This document shows, one piece after another, positions 39,485-53,900 of a DNA stretch of 64,000 bases. Under the pieces are notes generated by a model. The model did no database searches. It had not been told where the DNA came from and was given only the letters and a program-made list of their open reading frames with translations. Origin of the DNA: Trichoplax adhaerens (Eukaryota > Animalia > Placozoa); assembly GCF_000150275.1 (NCBI RefSeq), contig NW_002060944.1, positions 2,890,152 to 2,954,151 of the forward strand, given 5' to 3'. Position numbers and translations under genes: made by a program. Every line of letters starts with the position of its first letter. Position 1 is the stretch's first letter.

Positions 39485-40862
39485 AGTGATCTATTTTAAG
39501 ACGAGTTGAAAATAATAAAAACACTGTAAGCAATTTATTCTACTGCAGCCCAAGATATAATTGTTCTATTAGAGAAATTAGTTCACCAACTGTTGATGAA
39601 AATTAATTTACGTATGTACGGGTCTATTGATTGCAATTATTGTCCAACGAAACTGTTTTGATTATTGATTTATGATCGAATGACAAATGATAGAATTTTT
39701 AAGTTGTTTATAAGTGTTTGCGACTTCTGTTGATAATTTGTGATTGTCCACTAGCGAAGGAGTATTTTTTACGACTATTGTACAGGGTCTTCTCAAGTTT
39801 TAAAATTTAATTTATATGATTTGACACTTTTGCCAAAACACAGCTTTACCGCCTGTAATTAATATGATGCCACCTTCCTGTAGCTTTGATAGTATTTTAA
39901 TGTAAATACGAATACACACGTACGTAAATTATTTTACGCTTATATACAGAAAACGAACATACTGTACTTGTATACCGTTTACTACGAATATATTATTATT
40001 ATCTATGTATATATATATAATACGTAACAATCAATTAAAATGAGGCACGTAGCCGAAATCCAAGAAAAACTGCTAATGCTGAGATGGTAGTGATTGAGTC
40101 TTGCGAAATCAAAGACAAATTCAGTCGCTATTTCTATCTTTAAGTAAATTTTTAGCATATAAATAAACTAAAGGAGTAAAATTTATTGATGTCTCGAAAA
40201 TACTGATTCTTTCCAAACTGAAACATCATTAGAAGAATAGTAACAGCCAGGCGTTGGAAATATTGTATTTAAGTAATTTACGCCCAGTTTGATGCAGTAG
40301 AGGTTGGAATAATTAACCATTTTTGTTTCCATAGTTTACGGGACAAACTTTGTAATGCTTTGGAACAAATTTAATAGCAGGGATTTGTATCAGGAAGAAA
40401 GTAGACAGAAATCGAGATTCAGCGTGAACTATGTATTACTCATAGTCGCTAAATACAGTAGTTTAAGATCGCAACCACCTAAGCTCAAGGTAGATTCAGT
40501 GACACAGAAGATTGTCAAGTTATAATATTGTAGTCAGCGACTCTATTTAAGCAGAAGTTGCTGGATGGAAGTCGGTGGCAGTAGTCCTATCACTGTGGTA
40601 TGCATACGACATGTTTGCATAGCGGAAACAGAGATAAACTAATACTCCTGAGCAGAAATATTCAATACAAATACTGTACTACGCCTAGCATGAGAACGAT
40701 CCCATAAAAGACTGCCATCGTGGATTAATTAATTCCAGTAGGAAATCTACAGTTAGTAACCCATGAGCATGGACTAACATATTTTAGTAGTCCATGCCAT
40801 GACTGCAGATGAGCGGAGTAGTAGTTGAGCACTGGCTTGCTCCTTCTTTGTGTCCTCATTTC

Positions 40863-41386
40863 GCAAAGCACGAAGCATGCGCATTAAGCGTAATCCCTGT
40901 GATCATGGTAGTCTCTCTGCAGTCCATCCCTGACTCCATACAGTATGCTGAGTACAGTGTAGTCATTCTGCAAAGCACGAAGCATGCGCATTAAGCGTAA
41001 TCCCAGCGATCATGGTAGTCTCTCTGCAGTCCGTCCCTGACTCCATACAGTACTGAGTACAGTGAGTACACTGAGTACAGTTGTAATCATTCTGCAAAGC
41101 ACGAAGCATGCGCATTAAGCGTAATCCCAGTGATCATGGCAGTCTCTCTGCAGTCCGTCCCTGACTCCATACAATACACTGATTATAGTGTAGTCATTCT
41201 ACAAAGCACGAAGCATGCGCATTAAGCGTAATCCCAGTGATCATGGCAGTCTCTCTGCAGTCCGTCCCTGACTCCATACAATACACTGAGTATAGTGTAG
41301 TCATTCTACAAAGCACGAAGCATGCGCATTAAGCGTAATCCTAGTGATCATGGCAGTCTCTCTGCAGTCCGTCCCTGACTCCATAC
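40863..41386. repeat. 107-bp tandem minisatellite, about 4.7 copies, upstream of AP3M
   Basis: Units start at 40863, 40970, 41094, 41201 and 41308 (periods 107, 124, 107, 107): (G/A)CAAAGCACGAAGCATGCGCATTAAGCGTAATCCCAGTGATCATGGYAGTCTCTCTGCAGTCCGTCCCTGACTCCATAC... Confidence 0.95.
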
Positions 41387-41671
41387 CGGAGCGCGGACTC
41401 GTCGTTGACGTCATAGCTGAGATAGAGAGTACATTCACTACAGTATTCAGTATTTCACGTTCGTATACTGACCATTTTGTTTTCTTTTTTTTTACTTGCT
41501 TTGTAGAGTACTTTGGCTGCTGTTCTAGACCATATTGTCGTGCTCAACTGGATGACTGCAACAGAAACTGATTTCAGAAGAGAAATCAAGAGTCTCAGCC
41601 GCGAAGACTGACGCTACGTCAAACGGTCAGACGACGACGTAGACCTGTGCAGCCAAGGAAAGAAGGAAGCC

Positions 41672-44600
41672 ATGATTCACAGCTTGTTCATCCTGAATAA
41701 AAATTGGTATAGCAATCGTAGCTTAAAATTATTGAATAATACTATTACACTAAAAGTTAACTTATTTACTTTACAACTGTGCCATGGCTTGAAAATACGA
41801 TAGTAATGGATGAGTCTTGACGCATTGATGTATTATTGAAAGCAATCATGACTACCATAAGCTAATCCTACAGCGAATGGACGATAGATGAATCATAATA
41901 GCATTACCACTACAGTATAATAAAATACTTGATTCCTTTATTAAGTACGGTGTTTATTGGTATAAAATTTCGCTATAAACTAATATTTCTCGAAAATATT
42001 GACCCAATAAACTTGTAGCGAAGTGTTCTTCGAAAAGCACTGGAAAAGTGTGGTCAGTCGTTCTGTTTGCGATCACTTTCTTGAAGCATTAAATCAGGTA
42101 AAATTAAAAGTAGGATCGTAAATAGAGAGAGACACGCAGTACTGACTTGATATTGAAATCGGTGTCATCAAAATGAAATTATTGTATTTTATAACCAAAG
42201 AAACACTAGTGCAAGTAAGCAATACAATCCATTTTTGCTTCTATTTCCTTTTGTTTTTAGGCTTCTTCGCCAGATGATGTTCCCACGGCTATCGGTGCTC
42301 CACGTCATATATTAATTAATATATACCGGAATAAATTATTCTTCATCGCAGTAGTCCAAGGCGAAGGTAACTATCACACGATTTCAAGTTACTAACAAGT
42401 TGATGATACAACTTTCCCTTTTTTTATCATCTAGCGTTTTTGCCACTGCTTTTTATCAACTAACCGATTGTTTTTTACTGTTACATGGCTAGTACCTCCT
42501 CTATTTGTTATCGAATTTCTTCATCGTGTCGTCGATACCATCACGGACTATTTCTCTAGCTGTACCGAATTGACCATCAAAGATAATAGTGTGGTAGTCT
42601 TTGAGGTATTCATGGCATCAATTTTCACTCTCGAAATATTATCGAAGAGATCTGTTTTTGCAAAAATTTCAGTCGATACTTAGATTTATGCCTATCGAAA
42701 GCGAAACGGATGATACTGTATGTACTGTTTTTGAAACATGAGTGCAGTGATATTCGTCATAAAATGCTATCAGTCATATAAATGTATCTGTGTTGTTCAT
42801 CTTCTACCAATTACATCCAAATAATTACGTTCCATAGATCTTGCTACACTTCTTATCGCATGTCATAGCGAAAATGATAATCGTACGCTGTTGGATAGAT
42901 GAAATATGGAGTTCAACTTCAAATCTATGGAAACGATTATAAGTTATTATACAATATTTAGTATTACTCAATTAATCCTATTGTGTATTTCAACACGATT
43001 TAGACCTCATACCTTAAAGTATACATGACGATATTAAAAAATTTTAATTTATTACAATTCAATAAAGACTCTGCTCTGCTGCCGTATAAAATTTAAATTT
43101 ATCCAAACACGACACTAATTCGCATGTTTTTGTACGATCCGCGAATTATTTCCATTACATAAATCTATTTTGCCTTCTTTAGATTCTAGAAGAAATGTTA
43201 GATAATGGTTATCCTTTAGCAACGGAATTAAATGTCTTGAAAGAGCTTATAAAGCCACCAAGTATTGTAAGAAATGTCATGAATACCGTTACAGGAAGCA
43301 CAAAGTAAATATCAAAAATAAATGATAATTTTAAAGATAAACTGGTTATAGTAATAAATGATCTAATTTGATATTTACATCTGTATCGCAATAAATGTAT
43401 CCATTTCTAAATTACTTATTAAGTGTTGGCGGTCAGCTTCCAACTGGACAATTGTCGAATGTTCCTTGGCGTAAAGTAGGCGTAAAGTATACTAATAACG
43501 AGGTAATTGAAAGATTCTATATCTAATAAACTATTTCTATGATCTTACTAGCAAATCGTCAACAGAGCTATATATTGATGATCTAAAATACAAAGGCATA
43601 ACAAACCCTGCTTAAAATATAATGGTATATTTGGTTATGTGTTAATTTACTAGGTTTACTTCGATTTTGTTGAAGAACTGGATGTAATAATAGATAAAAC
43701 GGTAATAGAAACATTATTTCTGTAAGCTTTACTTTTCTTAGTTTACAGCAGATGTCATTCATTAATAGCATCGTAGACCTTGCATTTTGTTTACACCTTA
43801 TCCTCTAACCTTCCGTCGCAAAAACAATGATTAATTTGCATTCTTTAGGGTACCACTGTTTTCGCTGAAGTAAATGGAGCGGTAAGCCAATGGAAAGCTG
43901 AGCTGCACAGTACTGTATTTGATGTTATAGTAACTAAAAATATTAAATTTGTACTATCTAGATAAAATGCCAATGCAAATTGTCGGGAATGCCAGGTACG
44001 ATACGATAACCATTAGTTATAGATACATACACTCATATACTTACATTCGGTAACGAAGAATTACATTGAAACATACATCTTATTTGAAATATCTCTTGAT
44101 CCTTCTGTTCAATAATGTTAAATTTTTTATAGATCTAGTCATGACGTTTACCAATCCACGTATGTTTGATGATTTGAGCTTTCACCCATGTATAAGATAC
44201 AGAAGATGGGAGGTAATATTATTTTTATTGTAGCTTATTTTATTTCATTAAATGCCTTCATTGAAGATATGATATACGGTATTATCTTTCAAATGTTATA
44301 ATAGAACGAACGGGTAGTTTCATTTGTACCTCCAGACGGTAACTTTCAATTGCTATCATACCGGTTGGGAACAAACAGGTACCAGTTTATTTCATGCCAC
44401 AGCTTAAATTATGATTGGTAATCGTCTCCTAAAACTTTAGAATTGCTTATATTTATTTATCTTATAATAATGCTTCAGTGTCGTCGCTATTCCCGTGTAT
44501 GTAAAACCGACAATCTCGTTTCAAGGGGTAAAACTTTAGAAATACGAGAACTTTGAATAATAATGAAAAAATTTACTGTCTTGAAAATGTCTTGTATTAT

Positions 44601-45544
44601 AATTTAATGGCGTATGTATTTGTATCAGTCATCCGGCAGATTTGAAATAACTGTGGGTCCGAAACAGACGATGGGGAAAGTAGTAAGTTTAAGAATAATT
44701 TTTATCTGAAATTAGATTTAATATTGATCTTTCCGTTGTTGTTTTTGTAAGGTTGAGAACGTAGCTATCTCGATGACTGTTCCCAAAGTAGTATCGAATG
44801 TAGTGCTTTCTAATAACCCAGGTAGAATTGATAATGCACGTATCACGCCTGTTAAAGTGCTATCTTGTGATTATGATGAGCAATCTAAACTTACTGTCGG
44901 ATTTTTTTATTATCTAGAGGGCAATTTTACTTATGATCCAGTTAGCAAAACCATGCGCTGGGAGGTTAGTTTTTACACCCCACCTGAGGATTAGCTCAGA
45001 AATTGTGTTTTAAATTCGAGTAATTAATATTATAATTATTATCTTCCAGATTGGTAAAGTAATGCATCAGAAAATCTCTACAATTCGTGGAAGTGTAAGA
45101 TCAGATTATATATATATACGCCTTATGATTGTTGAAAAGGTTATGCATCATTGAATTTGAAACTTCCAACCCGATTTTCTCTATAGATGCCATTGCAAAG
45201 TGGGGCAAGTGCTCCTGATTCGAATCCTACCATATTGGTAAGCCAAGCAATGTTTTTTAAGTCAATGTTTTTACGTTTCATTCCAACTAATACGAGACAT
45301 CATTCTTTTATTAGGTTGAATTTAAAGTTAATCAACTAGCAATTTCAAATATTAAAGTTAACCGTTTGGACATTTACGGAGAGGTAATAGTATTAAAGCA
45401 TTTTAATAGCAACATTTGCTGAAGCAGACATTTAATGTACATCAGCTAATTATATAATTATTAATCTATTCCTTGCAGAAATACAAAGCTTTTAAAGGCG
45501 TAAAATATATAACAAAAGCTGGTAAATTTCAAGTACGGACATAA
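41672..45544 (+). CDS. AP3M1: AP-3 complex subunit mu, many small exons
   Basis: MIHSLFILN..EVFFEKHWKSVVSRSVCD; PPLFVIEFLHRVVD; EEMLDNGYPLATELNVLKELIKPP; VPWRK.GVKYTNNEVYFD; SFHPC; C-terminus FKGVKYITKAGKFQVRT*. Confidence 0.96.
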
Positions 45545-45924
45545 ATGAAATTTTTTGTTGCTGTCTTACATGCTTAAAACTTGGAGCAAGCTTGCGAATT
45601 AGCAATTCAATTTGCTACCTTGTACTGTTACATGCCTGATTGGTACGTTAGAAGTACGACAACTACAAATCCAGACACAAAATAATTGTCGTCGAAAGTC
45701 CACAGATTTAGATATAATAAAATTAATTGCTGTATTATACGCAAATGATAGCGTCTGTTACTAATAAACAATAATATAAAATTATACATTTATGTTGAAA
45801 TGGAATACTCTATTATATCCTAATCTCATCAATATCTCTTTACGGATTTAGAGTGTCTTACATCATATTTTCTATAGCTTATTACGTCATTAGCAGTATA
45901 TTTGTATGTATTTAGAAAATAAGA

Positions 45925-48249
45925 TCAAGTCGATGCCAATTTGTTAATGATCTTTTTAGCAACTTGGAAATACGCCTCTGCCTGAAGTAAAAAGTGTAAC
46001 TTGTATTGATAGATTGTATCTTTCTACATAAAATTGAATGGATTGTTACAAATATCATGCAAAGAAACTGACCTCTGTGCTATCAGGATTTAAAACCGTA
46101 ATTGGTGTACCGTGATCAGATGTTTCACGAATGCGTAATGTTAAAGGAATATCTCCTATCATGGTATGAAAGCAACAGGATTAGTGGACATTGGCAAATA
46201 AGAAAAACTTTAGCTATGCATAAATAATTATTATCGATATACTGTAATTGATTCACCTATCGTTTCTATTTTCATTTCATCTGCAACTGCATGAGCACCA
46301 TCATGGCCGAAAATGTGAGAGACATGGCCACACTTTGGACACTGATAAGAGCTCATATTTTGCACTAATCCTAATATCTAGTCACCGCAATAGTAGAATG
46401 AATGAAAGTAAACAATAGAATTCGGGTTCAGAACCCTTCATTGTTTCACAAATTTAATACTAACAGGAACATTCACTTTACGAAACATTTCGGTTCCTCT
46501 GCGTACATCCATTAATGCTATGTCCTGAGGTGTAGATACAATGACCGCACCTACAATTTAAGCATAGGCATATTCAAATAGATTCACAACAGGAATTCTT
46601 GTTTACTTTACTCATATCAGAAATCAGCACTCTCGTAGATGATTGCTTGCCTGTCACAGGAACCAATTGACTTATTGAGAGTTGGGTGTCTCCTGTTCCA
46701 GGTGGCATATCGATAACTAAGACGTCTAATTTATTCCATGCGACGGTATATAACAGCTTTTGAATGGCAGACATAACCTGATCCATTACAAATCATACGT
46801 TTCAGCATATGAATGACAATGTTGACCTCGCTATAAGACTTATCATTTATGGGCAAATACGTTGTGTACCATCAATCCTCGCCAAATAATTGGAGCACCA
46901 TCATCAATCAAAAAGCCCATTGACATGCTGCAAAAAATCATAGCAGTGTGATATATTAGCGAGACTTAGAGGACCAGCTTTCAGTTGATGATTTAATAAT
47001 ATGTTGTTTCATAAATATGAAGTACTTACCAAGGTATCTCATAATTGACTAACGGTACCATCAGTCCATCTAAAATTAAACATTGAAAGTACAAGATAAA
47101 ACACTATGTATCTATCAACTAGATAACTTTCTTCATCCTCAATGAAAGTAAATCCTGTACATACGGGTATACATCCGACAGCCAAGCTATTTTGGGTAGA
47201 ACTTTTATAATGCATTAAACGCTACACTTACCAGTTGTAAGTCGAGGATTCCCATTTAAATTCATTAACCGCGGTATTGACGGTCCAAACACATCTGCAT
47301 CTAATAATCCTATAGTCAGCGACTGCAATGATTATGTTACAGAGAAGATCATTACTAGCAAGTATATCTCCACGGAAATAACGGGGGAACTTTAAATTTC
47401 AATGAGGACTAATTATTCACCAAATTGACATATCTTAACGGATAGAATTACCTTTTTTACGTGTTTCATTCCTAGAGCAAGGTTTACTATGCAAGTATAT
47501 TGAAGGATAGTTTTAGTGTATGAGAATGACTAGACTACATTTAGTCCAACCTATCAGCTTACATGCAAGAATTTTCAATAGTGAGAACATAAAATAGTTG
47601 AGATTATACCTGCAGTTGTTGATTTTCCGACACCTCCTTTACCAGATGCAACAACCACTACTTTTTCGACACCTGGAATCGGTTTTTGCTTTGGTAAACC
47701 TCTAGCAGTAAGTTTACGTTGTCTGTCTGCTTCTACTTTTGACTTTTCGGTATCTCTAATCCCCTGCGATTTTAGATTGTATTAACAGTGTAATTGCACA
47801 TACAAGATGTACTTATACATTACAAGATAATTGTCTTGTAGTAGCAACGATAGCATACTTCTCGTACGCTGGCTATCGTGATCTACCGAAGATAGATTTT
47901 ACAAACGGCACTACCTAATATTGTTTATTTTTAAGGCTGTCATTGAAAGCTTTAATAGGCATTTATTTAGACATCTATTAAGTGTATTGATGCAGTTGTG
48001 ATTATATATGCAAAATATACTGCCTAGGTCATATTCTTAGCTTGTAAAGTTATGATTACGTTCTCATTATACCATGTTCATATCATCATTAATAGGCTCC
48101 TTATATGAATATTTGATGTTCTAGCTACTAAGTTGCAACATGTTGCGTAGCTTCTGGTTACCTACCAGTGGATTATCGTGAGATAATAAAGAACCATTGG
48201 TATATAGCAGTCGGTAGTTTTTCATTACAGTCTGGTTTATTCTACCCAT
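45925..48249 (-). CDS. NUBPL: Mitochondrial Fe-S protein NUBPL (Ind1, Mrp/NBP35 family)
   Basis: [34 protein letters not shown]; [11 protein letters not shown]; WRGLMVMSAI; [11 protein letters not shown]; VSTPQDIAL; [12 protein letters not shown]. The first (presequence) exons and start codon are tentative. Confidence 0.93.
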
Positions 48250-48699
48250 TACGAAATGACTCTTTAAGCTAATAGAAATTAATCAATCATTACATTTCAT
48301 ATACAGTCCAGTATCAAATACCAGATGATAGCAGTTGATACACAAGAGGAAAAAACTCATCCACTTGAGCTCAGTATGCCGCTGATGAGCTGCTTTACCT
48401 AGTAAGGGCCATCATTTCAACTATCCACTTCCCCATGACAACAAGCAATGATAGTCTTTCGTTAGCATAAAGATAGGCGGCAGAGTATCGCTTCTAATTT
48501 GATTGTGTCTCTCCACATTCAGACATCTATTTACGAGTTTCAATTCTACTATGCAATCCTTCTGACTAATTCGTCGATGGTAAATACAGAACGCAAATGC
48601 AATTATTAACCCGAGTGCTAATGCAAGATTTGCATATGGATTTGCAGAATGTGCTTACCGACATGCGGACGGACATGCCGCCGAGGTCAGACCATAGAA

Positions 48700-48960
48700 A
48701 AGTACAGTACCATCAGTCCATCAACCGGGCATACCGTACAGTACATTACATTGTAACAAATTTCAATTTTAACAGCTTTTACTATAGAGAAAATGAAAGG
48801 GATCGACAGTAATTCGATGCACACCACTGTACTGTACACTGTACGGTATTGTACTATACTGTACAGTACAGTGTACTGCAACGGTACAGATACTGGACAC
48901 CTTATACAGTATAGCAACCCATACATGATCCTCTGACTCACTACACAGTACCAAGTCTTT
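48700..48960. promoter_or_regulatory. TACAG/CTGTA-rich block in the NUBPL/INPP5E divergent promoter
   Basis: Dense actgtac/gtacagt runs between head-to-head genes. Confidence 0.55.
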
Positions 48961-49036
48961 ACCGGCTAATTTTACTAATATAGATGTTGTACAATATAGC
49001 AGTTCAGACAAAAGCGACTAGTACATGTTTTTGTTG

Positions 49037-49050
49037 GTTGCTATAGTAAC
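49037..49050. promoter_or_regulatory. RFX X-box
   Basis: GTTGCTATAGTAAC fits the consensus GTTGCYATRGYAAC and lies upstream of the ciliary gene INPP5E. Confidence 0.7.
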
Positions 49051-49695
49051 TAAGGGAGACTCCTGAGACTCCCATCAATCAGAGCCACGCTAGCACTATA
49101 GTAGATGATCAAAACATCTTTCGGTCAATTTTCGAATAAATCATTTGATAGAGAGAGAGAAGCAAAGGCGTAACCTTGAGGATGACTCCAGAGGAGGCAA
49201 ATAAGTGGATGTGTATACAAATGCTTCATACTATTAATCAATAAGTATATCGGCTACCTTAAAAAGAGAAGAATAGTGGAAAGACGAGCATACTCTTAAT
49301 CTGGCATCTTTCCTTAGGGTATGTCCAATATAGTATACGTTTAATATTTTCATTACTAGATTGAAATGTTGATCTTGAACTAATAAAAGGTGCTCTAAAC
49401 TTCTATATCATCTCATAGTTTTCGTTGATGTACAGTATAGTAACCACATTGAATCATACCCTTGATAATACGCATGCACTGCTTCATACAGTATATGAGC
49501 GTTTGAACAAGAGCATGTGTATCAGTACAAATAGTGTATGTTGGCATTGTATCGTAATTGAATTACTACCTCTACACAAAATCATCATACGACTTGACTA
49601 TAAACACTAGCTACATTATTTTAGATAGAGATTTGCGTAAAGTAAAATATCTTGTGGAAAATTTTCTTCAATAGCTAAACATCAATTTATCACAT

Positions 49696-50000
49696 CAACA
49701 GCCAAGTAGATGGAATTATTGCATACGAATACTAGGTACAGGATATACGCATAATTTTATTTTTCATATCTGTAGAATATATACTTTATTATGGTATACA
49801 CATACTGTAGAACAACATAGATAGAGATTTATGTAAAATAAAATGCATTGTCGAAAATTTTCTTAAATAGCTTAACTAAAAATCTGTCATGTCAACAGGC
49901 AAGTAGATGGAATTATTTATAAAAATACTAGGTGAAGGACATAATTTTTATTTCCATATCGTATTTATATACATAGAATATAAATTTTATCATGGGTATA
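49696..50000. repeat. Diverged tandem duplication, period about 195 bp
   Basis: caacag.caagtagatggaattatt.ata..aatactaggt..agga...cataattttattt.catatc occurs twice. Confidence 0.7.
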
Positions 50001-50953
50001 ATCATAGAATTACTGTCAATTTTAAAAATACTTACTAATACGCTTTAGTTTACTTTTCGTACTACCACATCATTATATCTTTTTCGTGATCATAATTTTT
50101 ATTAAAGTACTAATTATTATGATGGCGTCAATTGTAAAAATACCAGATATTTACTGTAGTCACCATGATCGAGTATAACGTTAAATAATTAGATAGCCTC
50201 AAACTAAGTAACTATCAATTGCAGTTACTTTACCTCAATTTATAGGCTTAAAATATCATGCATTAATAGCAAACAAGGAAATTCATAAACATCAATAGAG
50301 TTCAAGCGAGGATAGACGTTGTAGCTTATCAGTTAGCTTTATTAATTTCTGGAAATCGATTTCGACTTAAATTCAGTATTAATTTGTTCAGAAATCACCT
50401 CTTCTTAACTTATATTTATACAGATTTTAAAGATTTTTTTATCATATCCATTTGATATTGAGTTCATTTAAAAACTTAAAGTAGTTGTTGCTACTTTTTG
50501 AAATGGCTAGACAGCTTTTCTCAAATAGTTATAATAGGTCTTTCATAACCATAAGAATAGGACTTCATCATTTATTCACTACGCTACCAATAAATTTTTT
50601 TTTCATGATGATCATGCAATTTTTAAAATTTGCTAATTACGACAATACTGGATTTGATGACATTCGTTAGTAAGATAAATTGATAACAGAATAAAATGTT
50701 TATTAAGGATTTCATCTACTTATTCTTATATAGTCCTATTATAGAGTAGTTATAAAATTAAGCTAAAGGTAGCAATAGTATCGTGATCTAACTAGATAAA
50801 ATTTAAATTTTGGTAATTTTTCATATCTAGTAAGACAGTCAATAAGTATACCTGTATTGGTTTTTGGTTTAACGCTGTAGCTACTATTGTTACTTCGTCC
50901 TTCTATGTTAGCACTTTGTCACTATTTATGATTCCTATTATTGTTGTTTTCAA

Positions 50954-53900
50954 ATGGATCAGGAGAGAATAGGAAACAAGATGATGAATAACTCATTATC
51001 GAGAATTTCAGCGAGTAATAGCGATAGTAAAACATTAAAAAGTATAGCGGTAAGAGATCATGAACAGGACGACGAACAACATAAGATACCGCATATGCCG
51101 CATCCGCCTTCTATTCCAAATTATAAATCAAGACATGGACGTACTACTGTTCATCCACTTCTTCAGTCGCAATCCTCATCTAGCGACAGCGAACAGGATG
51201 GAGATAAAAATAAAGACAGGACTGTAACTACCAAGATAAGAAAAAAGCAAGATCACAAAACACATAAAAGCCCAATCTATTCTAGAATTAGGAATACACG
51301 TATTGTACCATCAAGTCCAATTGCAATTGGTAGTAATCAGCCATTAATACAATCGCCAAAGCGGAGAGGAAGCCTGCATTCGCTTGATAGTAATAGCTCT
51401 TGGAATACTAATTGGAGTGTTTATCAGGGATCAACGCAGACATCAACACCTCAACAAGCAGATAAAATTCATTCAAAACTACAAACAACTGGAAAATTAT
51501 CAAAATTAAGGTTGCCAATGGATCAACATGGCCAACAATCTCTAACTAAATCAGAAACTGATCTAAGACCTACGGCACTACCACCAATCCAATCGATACA
51601 GTTAAAAGGGGATCATGACGGCCGTGATAACCCAAATGGTAGTCTACAAGCTTATCGAAATCGCGTCGGTTCATTCGATTATAACCTAAATCGGCAATAT
51701 CATAGTGATCAAAACTTAAAAAAGTTAGGAGATGGTAGAGTGAAATTATCTAGTATGTCTTTAGATGATCACAACCTGAACAAATCAACAAAGTTTAACC
51801 AAAGTACTGTCATGCTACCAATTTATACGGATCATATCCGTAATGGAACATATGAAAATCACCATAAAGAAATGGAATTAGATCGTTACTTTCCTGACCG
51901 ACAAGTTTCACTCTTTGTAGGAACATGGAATATGCATGGAGAAAAGGTGAGATTCTGCATTCTACTTTACAACGCGACATCACTCTTTAAAGTATATATT
52001 CCAGTAAAGTAATGTTTATTTGGCACTCTATACTATTAAAAGAAGAGGGGAAAGGAGGAAAGGATAAATTAACTCTTTTATATCCAAACTGATAATAATA
52101 ATGGATCAACATTTTGATCACAGTTTACGATCCACTCTGGTGAGGAGCTTAGTCAATATTAGTGACTGATGTATCAGTGTATCAGTTACTGATACTTCAA
52201 CTGCGTTAAGATGGATGAATATCAACATCATCACAATTAATTCAATTTCAATAAATCGTGCAGTATTTACTTCAGCTACCTTCTCTTTAGTTTAGGGTTT
52301 TTTGTCGCGAGTTGTTAGTTATCCACCCGTCGAAATCGGGAAATAAGATATCGAAAGTTTATAAAGCTCATTAGCCACTACAGTACAGTAGCATTATTTT
52401 TTCTGACGAAAAATCCTCTTGTATTCTATTGTCCTTAATCTTATACTGCTAGTAATACTACATGTTTTAGCATCACGAGCGAAAATTTCGATGCAATCGC
52501 TCATTAAAAATTCAACGAAGAATACGACGAATATTCTAATTTTCTTTTTAAATTGGATAAACATTTTTTAATTTTTATTGCCTAAAAGGAGAACTAAAAA
52601 TTCCTGTAGTTGTTATGATGTAGTGAATAATGTTTCATCCTATGCTTATTTTTAAATTAAAATTAGGATTTACTTGATATTCTATGTAAAAAAGACTTTA
52701 GCTTATTTCATAATCTGGACCAAGCTTGAACTTCATTTAGTTCTATGTTCTATGATCTAAGGTATACTTCAATTTTCCTTCATCTTTTCGTTTTATTAAA
52801 AGAATTTTTTTATATTTAGAAATTGTAGTGTAATTGAATATAGTCAAATATCAATTGACAAGATGCTACTTTCTTCCAAAAATGTTACGATCGTACTTCT
52901 GACACATTTCGTAACTAAAAAGTTCTGTTATATGTACTTTTGGTACTCTAGCGGTTATATCACAAAGTAATCATTGAAAATGATGTCGTGCTAAAGAGCC
53001 TACAATATCGCCATTGTTGTAAAATATATATAATCATTTACGGGACTTTAAGTAGGGGACGTTGCTGATACCGTCTGTAGAAATAAATGATTTTTAATAA
53101 TATTTTTCTAAATAATACCAAGTAATGACCTACAACAAAATTTGAACGAATTTATTTCTTAGAAGAGATCTTAATTACAATATCATTATTGTTTATTTAG
53201 ACACTTTTTTGGTACGTATATCAATGAGAAATGTTAATAAGCTGTATGATAGAGATAGAATTCTTTACTAGCAAGGCGTTAGTTTTATATTAAACTATCC
53301 ATGATACATCACTAATAATACATAGAGTGATGAAAAGCCAAATAAACAAAATCAGTAGACAAGATCTAGTTCAACAGAATTTGTAACCATTAAGCATATA
53401 TATATTGTCACAGATAAACCAAAATCTCTATCCTAAAATCTTATCAATGGCCTCATTGATTGATTATAAAGAGCCGTACTCTTTATCATTAGGATTATAA
53501 TATGAAAATAACGTAAGGGCTATGTCATTTTGTGCTGCTATTTTCCATATCCATAAGGAAACAATTTCAGCTTTAGGCTGAATACAAGATGACTAATATG
53601 TATAACATTTCATTCAATCTATACGATTAAAAAGCCATTTTTATCACCGTTTTATCCTTTTACCTGCTGTTACGTATGGACATTTACTTGCCTAGCTGTA
53701 GACTAAGAGCTTTAGTTCTGAAGTTTAGTTATTGTTAATCTTCAGATTCAAAAAAGCTATCCGCACCTCATGATTAATTTCCATTAATCATATTGTGATT
53801 GATATCCATGCAGTTTATTAACTGTTTTAAGTACCGATGCAAAAGTAGAAAATATAAATTTTTTACTTTTAATTTTTCTTTAATAAATAATTTTCCCATG

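Noticed and set aside
48382-48420. CTGATGAG as a hammerhead ribozyme core
   Set aside because: No stem II followed by GAAA and no matching stems I/III.
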